From a bacterium (GTDB lineage: Bacteria; Zhuqueibacterota; Zhuqueibacteria; Oceanimicrobiales; Oceanimicrobiaceae), in NCBI GenBank assembly GCA_037446635.1, contig JBBIIG010000005.1, forward strand, positions 1 to 64,000: a stretch of DNA of 64,000 nt. Reading direction: 5' to 3'. The position numbers and the translations under genes are program-made. The notes beneath the pieces are model-generated. The model had not been told where the DNA came from. It saw nothing but the letters and a program-made list of their open reading frames with translations, and ran no database searches. Below, piece by piece: positions 20,208 to 30,285 of this stretch. Numbering within the stretch: position 1 is the first letter of the stretch; every line of letters begins with the position of its first letter.

Positions 20208-21020
20208 ATGAAAGACGCACGTTACCTGAACGAGTTTTCAGCGGTGATTTGCATCCTGAGCTTATCTTTTTTTCTATTCATTGGCTGCGGCGCTTCTCGC
20301 CAAAAAGTCGAAGGTCAAGATGTGAATATCGACGACCTGTTGGGCGAAGGCGACATTACCAAAACCAGCCAGAATTCGGACGAAGAAGAGGTTTTGCGAT
20401 TGCTGGGCATCTCTCGGCAAGACACGCAACCCGTGGAAACGACCACCGCAACTCCCGCTCCCGATGAATCTCTGCAAAGCGACGTTGACGCTCTGCAGGA
20501 AGACCTATTGCAAAAAGAGCGTGAGATTTCGACGCTGCGCTCGGAAATCACCCAGAAGGAGTCAAAAATTAGCGAGCTGGAATCCCAACTCCAGGCTTCG
20601 AGCCGGCGCAGCAATTCTGTGAGCCGCTCCGGCCGTTACGCGGACGCTCCTCCTGAGTTTGTAACCCAATATCAGGCGGCGCTCAACCAATTCAATGCCC
20701 GCAGTTATCGCCAGGCGATGGCCGCCTTCAGCGCCTTGCTGGCCAGCGACGCCAACAATTCGCTTTCGGACAATTGCCAATACTGGATCGGCGAATGTTA
20801 TTACGCGCTGGGAGATTACAATCAGGCGATCGCCGAATTCGAAAAGGTCTTCTCGTTTCCGAATTCCAACAAGAGCGACGACGCGCAGTTGAAACTCGGC
20901 TTGTGCTACATGAAATTAGGCGAGCGGCAGCAGGCGCGCGCCGAGTTCGAGCGTTTGATAGCAAGCTATCCCCAAAGCGAGTACGTGCCGTTAGCGCAGC
21001 GCTACATGGCCAGGTTGTAA
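20208..21020 (+). CDS. cpoB: Tol-Pal system CpoB/YbgF-like TPR lipoprotein
   Basis: GGAGG RBS and ATG at 20208, lipobox FIGC, coiled coil, TPR region QYWIGECYY...KSDDAQLKLG...YPQS. Confidence 0.8.
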   Translation: MKDARYLNEFSAVICILSLSFFLFIGCGASRQKVEGQDVNIDDLLGEGDITKTSQNSDEEEVLRLLGISRQDTQPVETTTATPAPDESLQSDVDALQEDLLQKEREISTLRSEITQKESKISELESQLQASSRRSNSVSRSGRYADAPPEFVTQYQAALNQFNARSYRQAMAAFSALLASDANNSLSDNCQYWIGECYYALGDYNQAIAEFEKVFSFPNSNKSDDAQLKLGLCYMKLGERQQARAEFERLIASYPQSEYVPLAQRYMARL

Positions 21021-21051
21021 AGCAACCGTGCAATAGTGGAACAATTTTTTC

Positions 21052-21077
21052 AGGGTGGGAGCGATCCCACCCTTTTT
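21052..21077 (+). terminator. Rho-independent terminator
   Basis: AGGGTGGGA-GCGA-TCCCACCCT followed by a T tract. Confidence 0.8.
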
Positions 21078-21097
21078 AGTTTGCGTCAGGCCGTAGC

Positions 21098-21125
21098 TTG
21101 ACTTTCTATCAAAATTTCTTATATT
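21098..21125 (+). promoter_or_regulatory. Putative sigma70-type promoter for galT-glgA
   Basis: TTGACT-16 nt-TATATT. Confidence 0.5.
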
Positions 21126-21170
21126 TGAGTTGTCAATTTTCAGAAGGTACGAATACTTTTGCCCCTTGAA

Positions 21171-22166
21171 ATGTCAGAGCTGCGTAAGGATCCGATAGTT
21201 GGAAGATGGGTGATTATTTCAACCGAGCGCGGAAAACGTCCCTCCGATTGGGCCAGCGAGCCAAAAATGAAGGGCGGCGGTTACTGCCCATTTTGTCCGG
21301 GCAACGAGGACAAGACGCCGCCGGAAATCACCGCCTCTCGTCCCACGAGCAGCCAGCGCGACGTTCCGGGTTGGAATATTCGCGTTGTTCCCAACAAATT
21401 TCCGGCGCTGCGAATTGAGGGCGAGCTTCGCCGCCGCGCCGAGGGCAACTACGATATCATGAATGGCGTGGGCGCCCACGAAGTCGTCATCGAAACTCCC
21501 AACCATGCTTTGGACCTGGCCGATCTCAGCGAGAGCCACATTCGCGACGTGCTGATCACCTTTCGCAACCGCGTTTTGGACCTTAAGAAAGACGCCCGTT
21601 TTCAATACGTTTTGATTTTCAAAAACCACGGCGTGGCGGCCGGCGCTTCGTTGGAGCATACTCACTCTCAACTCATCGCCACGCCCATTATTCCGATTCA
21701 AGTAGCCGATGAGATTGACGGCGGGCGGCGGTTTTTCAATTATAAAGAACGCTGCATTTATTGCGATATTATTTTGCAGGAAGTCAAAGCACAGGCGCGA
21801 GTGGTTACAAATTCCCACGCGCACATCGTGATCGAACCGTTTGCTCCCCGTTTTCCGTACGAAACCTGGATTTTGCCCACCCAGCATTATTCTCATTTTG
21901 AAGACATGCCGGAGGCGAATTACCTGGAATTGGCAATCACCCTGAAGGAAACGCTGAATCGGCTGAACCGCGCTTTGGGGTATCCGCCTTATAATTTCAT
22001 TTTACACACCTCGCCGCTGCAGGAGCCCTTTTTGCTGGAGTACCACTGGCACATCGAGTTGATGCCAAAATTGGCGAAAGTGGCTGGTTTTGAATGGGGC
22101 TCCGGATTTTACATCAATTCCACGCCGCCGGAAATTGCAGCGGAGGATTTGCGCAACGCCGTTTAA
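21171..22166 (+). CDS. galT: Galactose-1-phosphate uridylyltransferase family protein
   Basis: SELRKDP...RGKRP, CPFCPGNE, NKFPAL, GASLEHTHSQ (HxH), HWHIEL. Confidence 0.9.
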   Translation: MSELRKDPIVGRWVIISTERGKRPSDWASEPKMKGGGYCPFCPGNEDKTPPEITASRPTSSQRDVPGWNIRVVPNKFPALRIEGELRRRAEGNYDIMNGVGAHEVVIETPNHALDLADLSESHIRDVLITFRNRVLDLKKDARFQYVLIFKNHGVAAGASLEHTHSQLIATPIIPIQVADEIDGGRRFFNYKERCIYCDIILQEVKAQARVVTNSHAHIVIEPFAPRFPYETWILPTQHYSHFEDMPEANYLELAITLKETLNRLNRALGYPPYNFILHTSPLQEPFLLEYHWHIELMPKLAKVAGFEWGSGFYINSTPPEIAAEDLRNAV

Positions 22167-22191
22167 CCCGTTTTTATTATTATTTGAAAAG

Positions 22192-23679
22192 ATGAAAAGC
22201 AAATTCAACATTCTTTACGTTTCTTCCGAAGTCTTCCCGTTTACGCCGATAGGCGCGCTGGGAGAAATCTCTGGCGCGCTGCCTAAATATCTGAAAAACT
22301 TTGGACACGATATCCGGGTGATCATGCCCAATTATCGCGCCATCAACGAGCGCAAATACGTTTTGCGCGACGTCATCCGCCTGCAGGGAATTAAAATCAG
22401 AATTGGTGAGCAGGTTTATGAAGCCAGCGCCAAATCCGCTTTCATCCCCGAATCCAAAGTGCAGGTTTACTTTTTGGATAATAAACATTTTTTTGATCGC
22501 GAAGGCTTGTACGCCGACGCCGCCACCGGCAAAGAATACGAGGACAACCCCGAACGCTTCATGTTTTTTAGCAAGGGCTGTCTTGAAATTTTAAAGCTTC
22601 TCCACTGGCAGCCCGATATTATTCATTGCAACGATTGGCAGACCGCCATCATTCCGCCGCTTTTGAAAACCGTTTACCGCGAGGATGATTTTTTTAAAAA
22701 TACCAAAACCCTGCTCTCCATTTATACCCTTTCGGAAGAAGGCGCTTTTGAAGCGTCGGCCGAACGGCTGGGCCTTCCTGAATCAGCATTTGCAGAGTTG
22801 GGGCTCGAGGGGAACGAGTGGGTTAATTTTTTGAAGATGGGTTTGCATTTTGCGGAGTTACTTAACACTTCAAGCCCGGCCACCTTCAAGAAACTACCGA
22901 AACAGTTTTCTAATTCAAATTTCGCTGAGCTGATCAAAAAAAGAAAGAATGATATTCATAGCATCGAAAACGGCGTGGACGAGCAGATTTGGAATCCGGA
23001 GTCGGATGGGTTGATTCCGGCAAACTTCAGCCGTCGCGACCTCAGCGGTAAATCTAAAAACAAAGAGGAATTGCTAAAAAGGTTCGGTCTGCGTTTCAAC
23101 AACTCCATCCCGCTGGTGAGCATGGTGACGCGCCACCCGGAGGACGAAGTTTCAGATCTGCTGGTCGAGATGGCAGAGCAGGTTTTGCACTTGGATCTCC
23201 AGTTGCTGATTGTTGGCGCGGCCGCCGCCAAACATAAAAAGCGCTTGAAGGCAATTCAGAAAGAATATGCTGGCAAGATTGGAGTCGAACCTCATTTCGA
23301 CGCCGCGCTGCTGCATCTCATCTTTGCCGGCAGCGATGGCTGTTTGCTGCCGTCTCGTTTTCAATCATGCGGTTTAAGCCAACTCTACGGTTTGGCTTAC
23401 GGAGCCATCCCCATCGTTTATCAGGGTGGCTCCGGCGCCGAACAAGTCCAGGACGTCAACGCTGGCAACGGCGCCGGCAACGGATTTTTCTTCAATGAAT
23501 TGGATGCCAAAGAATTGATCCGGGTTTTTAAAACTGTTTTGAAGTCATACGAGAAAAAGGATTTTTGGACGAAGATTGTTCAAAACGCTATGAAGCAGGA
23601 TTTTTCCTGGGACGCCTCTGCCCAAAAGTATGTCAAGCTATATCAGAAGCTTATGGCAACGAAAGCCTCGAGCAAATGA
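22192..23679 (+). CDS. glgA: Glycogen synthase-like GT5 protein with degenerate catalytic motifs
   Basis: SSEVFPF, DNPERF, HCNDWQT, NGVD..WNP, FSW..SA..Y. KTGGL is replaced by PIGAL and PSRFEPCGL by PSRFQSCGL. Confidence 0.8.
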   Translation: MKSKFNILYVSSEVFPFTPIGALGEISGALPKYLKNFGHDIRVIMPNYRAINERKYVLRDVIRLQGIKIRIGEQVYEASAKSAFIPESKVQVYFLDNKHFFDREGLYADAATGKEYEDNPERFMFFSKGCLEILKLLHWQPDIIHCNDWQTAIIPPLLKTVYREDDFFKNTKTLLSIYTLSEEGAFEASAERLGLPESAFAELGLEGNEWVNFLKMGLHFAELLNTSSPATFKKLPKQFSNSNFAELIKKRKNDIHSIENGVDEQIWNPESDGLIPANFSRRDLSGKSKNKEELLKRFGLRFNNSIPLVSMVTRHPEDEVSDLLVEMAEQVLHLDLQLLIVGAAAAKHKKRLKAIQKEYAGKIGVEPHFDAALLHLIFAGSDGCLLPSRFQSCGLSQLYGLAYGAIPIVYQGGSGAEQVQDVNAGNGAGNGFFFNELDAKELIRVFKTVLKSYEKKDFWTKIVQNAMKQDFSWDASAQKYVKLYQKLMATKASSK

Positions 23680-23916
23680 GGCGAGTTGGTGACCGCGTAC
23701 AACCTCAAACGCTGGGGTGATTTGCGCTCCCCGCGTTTATTCCTCTGTTTCATCAAGGCACATTGTTTCGGGCAAGCACAGGAAACCGATTGGTTAGGCA
23801 AAGTCCTTTGTTTCATAAGCCTTGGTAACATTAAACTTAAGCTCTCGTCAAAGCTGAGAATTCCTTGCAAATAGTGGCATAGTATTTGAGAACGGTTTAT
23901 TATTTTAAAATACAGT

Positions 23917-24630
23917 ATGGAAGGAATTCAAATTTCAGAATCCCGAGTTGGCGCGCGGCGAGATATCGCCATGTTAACGGTTAAGGGGTACGTCGATACG
24001 ATGACCTGCGGGATTCTGTTGAATCGGATTACCGAAAATTTAAACAATGGCACGCTGCACATCGTCATCGATATGGCGCAGGTCAACTATGTGAGCAGCG
24101 CTGGCTGGGGCGTTTTCGTAGGCGAGATCAAGGGCATTCGCGAGCGCGGCGGCGATTTGAAGATCGTGCAAATGACCCCCGAAGTTTACGATGTATTTGA
24201 GATGCTGGAGTTCAATAAGATTTTATCGTATTACGACACCATCGAAGAAGCCATCAACGATTTTGATTTTTCTCTGGGGTTGGATATAACAAAAAGCTTG
24301 AAACGCTCGCTTAACCAGCAAGTCGAAACCAAAGCACAAGCCACGCCGCTGGTCGCCGCGCAGCGGCTCGCGCCGCGGCCGGCCTCCAGCGACGGCTCGC
24401 AATTCGTGTACAAAAAAACCAAAGTTGATGAGAAGGTCATTCCGCTGACGGAGAAAATCAAATTAGTCATCATCGATGATCCGCGCCGCGGCGCCTTCAA
24501 AATCAAAAAAGCGCTGATGTCCGAGCGTTTCGGCTACACCAAAGTGAGCGCGCTCAAAATATATCGCACCCTCAAAAAGTTGAACCTCGAAACCACCGAA
24601 AAAAGATATCGCTTTTATCGATCTCGATAA
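23917..24630 (+). CDS. STAS-domain (anti-sigma factor antagonist-like) protein with C-terminal extension
   Basis: GYVDT, IDMAQVNYVSSAGWG, YDVFEML; extra domain of about 110 aa. Confidence 0.82.
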   Translation: MEGIQISESRVGARRDIAMLTVKGYVDTMTCGILLNRITENLNNGTLHIVIDMAQVNYVSSAGWGVFVGEIKGIRERGGDLKIVQMTPEVYDVFEMLEFNKILSYYDTIEEAINDFDFSLGLDITKSLKRSLNQQVETKAQATPLVAAQRLAPRPASSDGSQFVYKKTKVDEKVIPLTEKIKLVIIDDPRRGAFKIKKALMSERFGYTKVSALKIYRTLKKLNLETTEKRYRFYRSR

Positions 24631-24688
24631 CGAGCAAATTAACCCCAAATCAGTTGATTGTATGTATTTCAAAAGAAAGCGAGAAAGT

Positions 24689-25376
24689 ATGAATTTAAAA
24701 GTGAACGGACGACGACTCGACCTCGTTCTGCTCTTTTCCGTGATTTTGGTGCTGTCGTTTTTTTTGATCCTCAGCAGCGGCCATGCTCACGCCCAATTAT
24801 CCAGCCTGACCTTTAAAAAAGGCGATGGCCTGCGTTTAACCATCTGGCATTGGCGATTCCAAAACCCCAACCATCGACATCAACGGCGAGTACATTATCG
24901 ACAGCCGCGGCGCGGTTTTTTTTCCAATCATCGGCGAGGTGCGGGTGGTGGGCCACAGCACGCAGAGTTTAGCCGATGACCTGAGAGAAAAATTGAGCGT
25001 TTATCTTCAGGAACCGATCATTGTCGTCGAGCCTCTCATCCGCGTGACGATGATGGGCGCGTTTCGCCGCCCCGGCACCTACTTGATCTCGCCGGACGCC
25101 TCATTCTGGGAATTGGTCAATCTTGCCGGCGGTCCGGACGACAACGCCAATTTGAAAAAGATGGTGGTCGAGCGCGGCGGCAAAGTGGTCAAAAAAAATA
25201 TTTTAGGGGGATTTGAGCGCGCCTACACTCTGCAGGAAATGAACATCTTTTCAGGAGATCAGGTTTTTGTGCCGATCAAAAAAGAGTTCCGGGTGCGTGA
25301 TGCCTTTGAGATCGTCCGCTTTGGCATCACCCTGATTAATCTTTACTTGCTTATCCAAAATTTGGACGATAGGTAA
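24689..25376 (+). pseudogene. Polysaccharide export protein (Wza-like Poly_export plus SLBB), split by a frameshift near 24845
   Basis: Frame A: signal peptide...FKKGDGLRLTIW. Frame B continues GIGDSKTPTIDINGEYIIDSRGAVFFPIIGEV...VTMMGAFRRPGTY...AGG...SGDQVFVP. Confidence 0.8.
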
Positions 25377-25409
25377 GTTTTAAAAAATCCAACTGGAGAT
25401 TCAGAGGCT

Positions 25410-27743
25410 ATGGAGCAGTATTTCATCGATGATGATGAACACCTGAATGGTGAAAAGTTAGACGTTCGAAGATATTACAATGCCCTGTTGAAACGCTGGT
25501 GGGTCGTGCTGGTGGTGGCGCTCGTGGTGACGGCGCCGTGGCTGTGGTATTTGAGCACGCAGCCGCCGATTTACGAGGCCTTCGCGACCATTAAGTTCAA
25601 AAATTTTGCTGGCAACGATCCCACCCTCGCCCTCAGCCGCAAGATGGAGCTCACCAGCCGTTCGTTTGCGGAACGAGTGGTGGCGCAATTAGGCTTATCC
25701 ATGATCTTGCTGCCGCAAAATGATCACATCCCGCATCGCAACGATATCTTTGCGGATTTCTCGACCACTCGCGATCAAGTCCCCGGCCAATATGTTCTAA
25801 GGTTGAACAGCAATGGCACGTTCGAATTGCGGCAAAAAATAGACGAGCACAACGACAAGATTATCAAACAGGGGCTCATCAGTGAAATCCGCGAGCAGAA
25901 ATGTGAAGTGAATGGTTTCTCTTTTACTCTTGCCAAAACCAATTTTGTTCTGCCGCTTGAAATTCCCTTCAAAATCGTGGCTTTCCGCAATGCGGTTAAG
26001 TCATTTCAGGGAAGAACCAACGTGCAGGTCGATAAGTTAGGGACGCTGATGACGGTTACTCTCACCGACACCGATCCGGAACTGGTAGCGGAGATGACCA
26101 ACCGCCTGGCGCAAATCTTCATCGAAGAAAGCGCGAACTTGAAAAATCAGGGAGTAACCGGCCGCCGCAAAATTTTGGAAGAGCAGCTCGAGCTCATCAA
26201 AAAACAATTGGATGATTCTGATCGCGATCTCAAAGAGTTTCAGGAACGCTATTCCACTTACCTCGATACCGATCAGAATAAAAAAATCAACGACGTGATG
26301 ACGTTTACCCGGCAAAGAGACGATGTACAAGATGTCATCAATACGCTGAGCGGCTTGCTGGCCAAAATCGACGAAACTAAAAACGCTGCTAACGGCGCCA
26401 GCGAAAACAACGAGCTGACCCGCCGTTACATCATGTCGGAAATCGCGCGCCACAGCGTTTTTAACGACGACGCCAATATGGTCATCGAGCGCAAACGTCT
26501 TGAAGATCTGGAGACCACCTGGCGCGACATCACCAGCCGCTATTCGCCGGAAAATGTAAAGGCAAAAGAAACCTTGGAGGAAATCAAAAAGCTGCACGGC
26601 AAGATCGAGATCAGCGCACGCAAGAAAATTCAGATTTTGGAGAACCAGCTTGCCGCCATTAACCAGGAAATCGCCCGCGCGGAAAATCGCTTGCGCCAGC
26701 TTCCGACGCAACAATACCAGCTCAGCGAATTGACGCGCCAGAATAAAGTTCTCGAAAGACAATATTTAGACTTGCTGGCCAAAACCGAAGACGCGCGCAT
26801 CTCCGAAGCCGTTTCCTCCGAAGATATCGAAATTTTGGATTCCGCCATCGTGCCCGATTTCCCCACCAATCGCGACAAGCAACAGAAGGGACTTTTTGGC
26901 GGCGTTTTCGGTTTGATGTTGGGCATCGGCGTAGTGTTGTTAGTGGAATTTCTTGATAAAACCATCAAATCCGTGGATGATATCAAACGCAACTTGAAAT
27001 TGTCGGTGCTGGGCACCATCCCGCAGATTAACTTTGCCGATGCTTATGATTTTCAGGATTCCGAAAAAATCAAGCAAATCGATCAGCAGTTGGTGACGCA
27101 CGATTACTCGCCGACGCCGGTGGGTGAGGCCTATCGCTCGCTGCGAACCAACTTGCTCTTTTCCAAAGAAAACGGCCGCGTTCGTTCCCTCGTCATCACC
27201 AGCAACGAGCCGGGCGATGGCAAATCCTTTACGGCCGCCAACCTTGCCATCACGCTCGCGCAATTGAAGTCAAAGACCGTTTTGATTGATGGCGATTTAC
27301 GGCGGGGCGTTCTGCACAATACCTTTGGGATGCCCAAAGAGCCGGGATTCAGCAATTACCTGACCAGCGGTCTGCCGCTCAATACTGTGTTACGTGAGAC
27401 CCATATTCCAAACTTAACCCTGATCACCTGCGGCTCTCTCATTCCGAACCCCTCCGAGCTGCTGGGCTCTCATCAGATGCAACGCTTCTTGGACGACATC
27501 CGCAGAAAATTTGAGATCGTCATTTTCGATACTCCGCCGCTCAATGCCGCCACGGATGCAGTGGTCGTTGGCACACAGGTGGATGGAACCGTCATCGTCA
27601 TTCGCGCCGGCAAAACCCACCGTGAGCTGGCGCGGCAAAAATTGGAACTCTACAGCAACGTGCCTGCAAAAATTTTAGGCACCATACTGAACGGCACCAC
27701 TGAAGACATGGCGCATCCCGGTTACAGTTACTATCATTATTAA
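25410..27743 (+). CDS. wzc: Polysaccharide co-polymerase / BY-kinase (Wzc-like)
   Basis: Two TMs around a coiled coil, EAYRSLRTNL, Walker A PGDGKS, DGDLRR, DTPP, C-terminal Tyr cluster YSYYHY. Confidence 0.93.
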   Translation: MEQYFIDDDEHLNGEKLDVRRYYNALLKRWWVVLVVALVVTAPWLWYLSTQPPIYEAFATIKFKNFAGNDPTLALSRKMELTSRSFAERVVAQLGLSMILLPQNDHIPHRNDIFADFSTTRDQVPGQYVLRLNSNGTFELRQKIDEHNDKIIKQGLISEIREQKCEVNGFSFTLAKTNFVLPLEIPFKIVAFRNAVKSFQGRTNVQVDKLGTLMTVTLTDTDPELVAEMTNRLAQIFIEESANLKNQGVTGRRKILEEQLELIKKQLDDSDRDLKEFQERYSTYLDTDQNKKINDVMTFTRQRDDVQDVINTLSGLLAKIDETKNAANGASENNELTRRYIMSEIARHSVFNDDANMVIERKRLEDLETTWRDITSRYSPENVKAKETLEEIKKLHGKIEISARKKIQILENQLAAINQEIARAENRLRQLPTQQYQLSELTRQNKVLERQYLDLLAKTEDARISEAVSSEDIEILDSAIVPDFPTNRDKQQKGLFGGVFGLMLGIGVVLLVEFLDKTIKSVDDIKRNLKLSVLGTIPQINFADAYDFQDSEKIKQIDQQLVTHDYSPTPVGEAYRSLRTNLLFSKENGRVRSLVITSNEPGDGKSFTAANLAITLAQLKSKTVLIDGDLRRGVLHNTFGMPKEPGFSNYLTSGLPLNTVLRETHIPNLTLITCGSLIPNPSELLGSHQMQRFLDDIRRKFEIVIFDTPPLNAATDAVVVGTQVDGTVIVIRAGKTHRELARQKLELYSNVPAKILGTILNGTTEDMAHPGYSYYHY

Positions 27744-27769
27744 GGTGGATGGCAGTTCAGGTTGATGTC

Positions 27770-28726
27770 ATGCAAAAAATTTTGATTACAGGCGGGGCCG
27801 GATTCATCGGCTCGCACCTTTCTGAAACGTTGTTACTTGCGGGGCATGAAGTGGTGTGCCTCGATGATTTTAACGATTATTACGATCCTCAGAGCAAGCG
27901 GCGAAATATTGCGCCGTTGCTTTCTCATAAATCCTATTCGCTCGTCGAGGGCGACATCCTCAACAGCGAGCTGCTCAATCAGATTTTTCAAAAATCGCGC
28001 ATCAACGTGATTGTTCACCTGGCGGCGCGCGCCGGCGTTCGGCCTTCCATCAAAGAACCGTTGTTATACCAAAAAGTTAATGTGGAGGGCACCACCAATT
28101 TACTCGAGGCAGCCCGTAAATTCGGCGTGGAAAAATTTATCTTCGGCTCGTCGTCGTCGGTTTACGGAGAAAATAAAAAAGTTCCATTCAGCGAAAACGA
28201 TCCGGTGGATCACCCCATTTCTCCCTACGCCGCCAGCAAAAAAGCCGGCGAGCTCATCTGTTATACCTATCATCATTTATATCGGCTGCCGGTGACGTGC
28301 CTGCGTTTTTTTACGGTTTATGGTCCCCGCCAGCGTCCGGACATGGCGATTCACAAATTTACTAAAAACATTTTTGAGGGGCAAAAGGTCACCATGTTTG
28401 GCGATGGCAGCTCCCGTCGCGACTATACTTTTGTTGACGATATCATCGACGGCATCACCCGGTCGATCGCCTATTGCCGGGGCTATCATATTTACAATTT
28501 AGGGGAATCAAAGACCATCGCGCTCAACGAGCTCATCCAGCTAATACCTCATCCCCTCGCCAAAAACCCCATTATTGAAAATCTGCCCGAACAAGCGCGC
28601 GATGTGCCCATCACGTATGCCGATATCACCAAACCGCGCGCGGAGACCGGCTATGATCCGAAAATAGCAATTGAGGCGGGCATTGAACGATTTGTAAAAT
28701 GGTATGTGGAAACGGCTTCGAGTTAA
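27770..28726 (+). CDS. NAD-dependent epimerase (UDP-glucuronate 4-epimerase-like)
   Basis: TGGAGFIG, HLAARAGVR, SSSSVYG, YAASK, RFFTVYGPRQRPDMA. Confidence 0.9.
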   Translation: MQKILITGGAGFIGSHLSETLLLAGHEVVCLDDFNDYYDPQSKRRNIAPLLSHKSYSLVEGDILNSELLNQIFQKSRINVIVHLAARAGVRPSIKEPLLYQKVNVEGTTNLLEAARKFGVEKFIFGSSSSVYGENKKVPFSENDPVDHPISPYAASKKAGELICYTYHHLYRLPVTCLRFFTVYGPRQRPDMAIHKFTKNIFEGQKVTMFGDGSSRRDYTFVDDIIDGITRSIAYCRGYHIYNLGESKTIALNELIQLIPHPLAKNPIIENLPEQARDVPITYADITKPRAETGYDPKIAIEAGIERFVKWYVETASS

Positions 28727-28770
28727 AACGCCGTGCGATCTGATCACGAGACGCGCCACTGAGGTCTGGC

Positions 28771-30228
28771 ATGGTTAAAGAAAAAGAAGCCTTTCTGAGC
28801 CACGCGGCTAAAGTCATTGATGCGATTTTCATCATTATTGCTAATATCCTTTCCTACTTCAGCAGCGTCTATGTGCGCAGCGTCTATCAGCTCGGCGAGA
28901 TGGCCTACGCCATTGCGCCCAACTTTGAAGGGTTGCTTTTCTTCACTCAAAAAAATATCATCATCGTTGGCTCCACCATTCCCGTTTGGCTGATCTTGCT
29001 CTCGATGCAAGGCGCATATAAAGATTTTCGGACCCGAACTTTTTCAAAAGAATTGGAGGTGATTTTTAAGTCCTGCATTCTGGCGACCATCGTTTTGGGC
29101 AGCATCATCTTCCTTTTCAAAATGACGTTGACCAGCCGGCTTTATATCGGCATCAATTCGATCGTCACCGTGATTTTGTTGACGATCGCGCGGGTAGTTC
29201 TCAATCATTTTTTCGATTATATCCATCGCCGAGGATATAATCAAGTCCACTTGCTGATCGTGGGCACCGGCAAACGCGCTCGCGAGTTTATTCGCATGGT
29301 GAAGGCGCGCGCCAATTGGGGGCTGCAGATCGTGGGCTTGATCGATGATGAGCATGGGATGTTTGGTAAAGAAATCGAGGGCATGCGTGTACTCGGCCGG
29401 CTGCAGGATATCCCGTTCATTTTGCATCACAAAGTGGTGGATCGCGTCATCTTTGTGGTGCCGCGCCTTTGGCTCAACCGCATCGATGAAGCGATCATGG
29501 CGTGCGAGCGCGAGGGCATCCCCACTTCCATCAGCCTCGATTTGTACAATCTGCGGATTGCCAAAGTGCGGCAGACCGATTTCGCCGGCTTTCCGTTGTT
29601 GGATTTCGAAACCTTCTCCGCCAAACCCTGGCAGCTTTTTGTCAAGCGAACAATCGACCTGGTTATTTCCATTTCTTGTTTGATTTTGTTTAGCCCACTG
29701 TTGTTGGCGACGGCCATCGCCATTAAAGCGACCTCGAAAGGCCCCGTCCTGTTTACGCAGATCCGCTCCGGAATGAATGGCCGTAAATTTAAGCTCTACA
29801 AATTTCGTACGATGGTGGTGGGCGCCGAAATGAAGAAACGCGAGCTGGAGAAGATGAACGAAATGGACGGCCCGGTTTTCAAAATTAAACACGATCCCCG
29901 CATTACGCCGTTTGGCAGGTTCTTGCGCAAATTTAGCATTGATGAGCTGCCGCAATTGTGGAATGTGCTGAAAGGCGATATGAGCATCGTCGGGCCGCGG
30001 CCGCCGCTGCCCGTGGAGGTGGAATTGTACAAGCTGTGGCAGCGCCGCCGCTTGAGCTTGAAACCCGGGTTGACTTGCATCTGGCAGGTGAGCGGCCGCA
30101 ACAAAATTCAATTCGAAAAGTGGATGGAAATGGATCTCGAATACATCGATAACTGGTCGCTTTGGCTCGATATTAAAATTATCTTCAAAACAATTTTCGT
30201 GGTGCTCTTCGGCTATGGCGCCAGTTAA
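28771..30228 (+). CDS. Priming polyprenyl-phosphate glycosylphosphotransferase (bacterial sugar transferase)
   Basis: N-terminal TMs, CoA-binding-like domain, KFRTM, DPRIT, DELPQL, GPRP, KPGLT. Confidence 0.94.
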   Translation: MVKEKEAFLSHAAKVIDAIFIIIANILSYFSSVYVRSVYQLGEMAYAIAPNFEGLLFFTQKNIIIVGSTIPVWLILLSMQGAYKDFRTRTFSKELEVIFKSCILATIVLGSIIFLFKMTLTSRLYIGINSIVTVILLTIARVVLNHFFDYIHRRGYNQVHLLIVGTGKRAREFIRMVKARANWGLQIVGLIDDEHGMFGKEIEGMRVLGRLQDIPFILHHKVVDRVIFVVPRLWLNRIDEAIMACEREGIPTSISLDLYNLRIAKVRQTDFAGFPLLDFETFSAKPWQLFVKRTIDLVISISCLILFSPLLLATAIAIKATSKGPVLFTQIRSGMNGRKFKLYKFRTMVVGAEMKKRELEKMNEMDGPVFKIKHDPRITPFGRFLRKFSIDELPQLWNVLKGDMSIVGPRPPLPVEVELYKLWQRRRLSLKPGLTCIWQVSGRNKIQFEKWMEMDLEYIDNWSLWLDIKIIFKTIFVVLFGYGAS

Positions 30229-30285
30229 CCAGTTGGCGATAGCAGGAGCCGTAACTGACAACGAACAATTCAATGGAGGCCAGGG

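Noticed and set aside
23765..23835. c-di-GMP-I riboswitch-like words (GGCAA..GAAA..GCAAAG) upstream of the STAS gene
   Set aside because: The P2 and P3 stems do not pair convincingly by eye; an Infernal search against the Rfam model would be needed.
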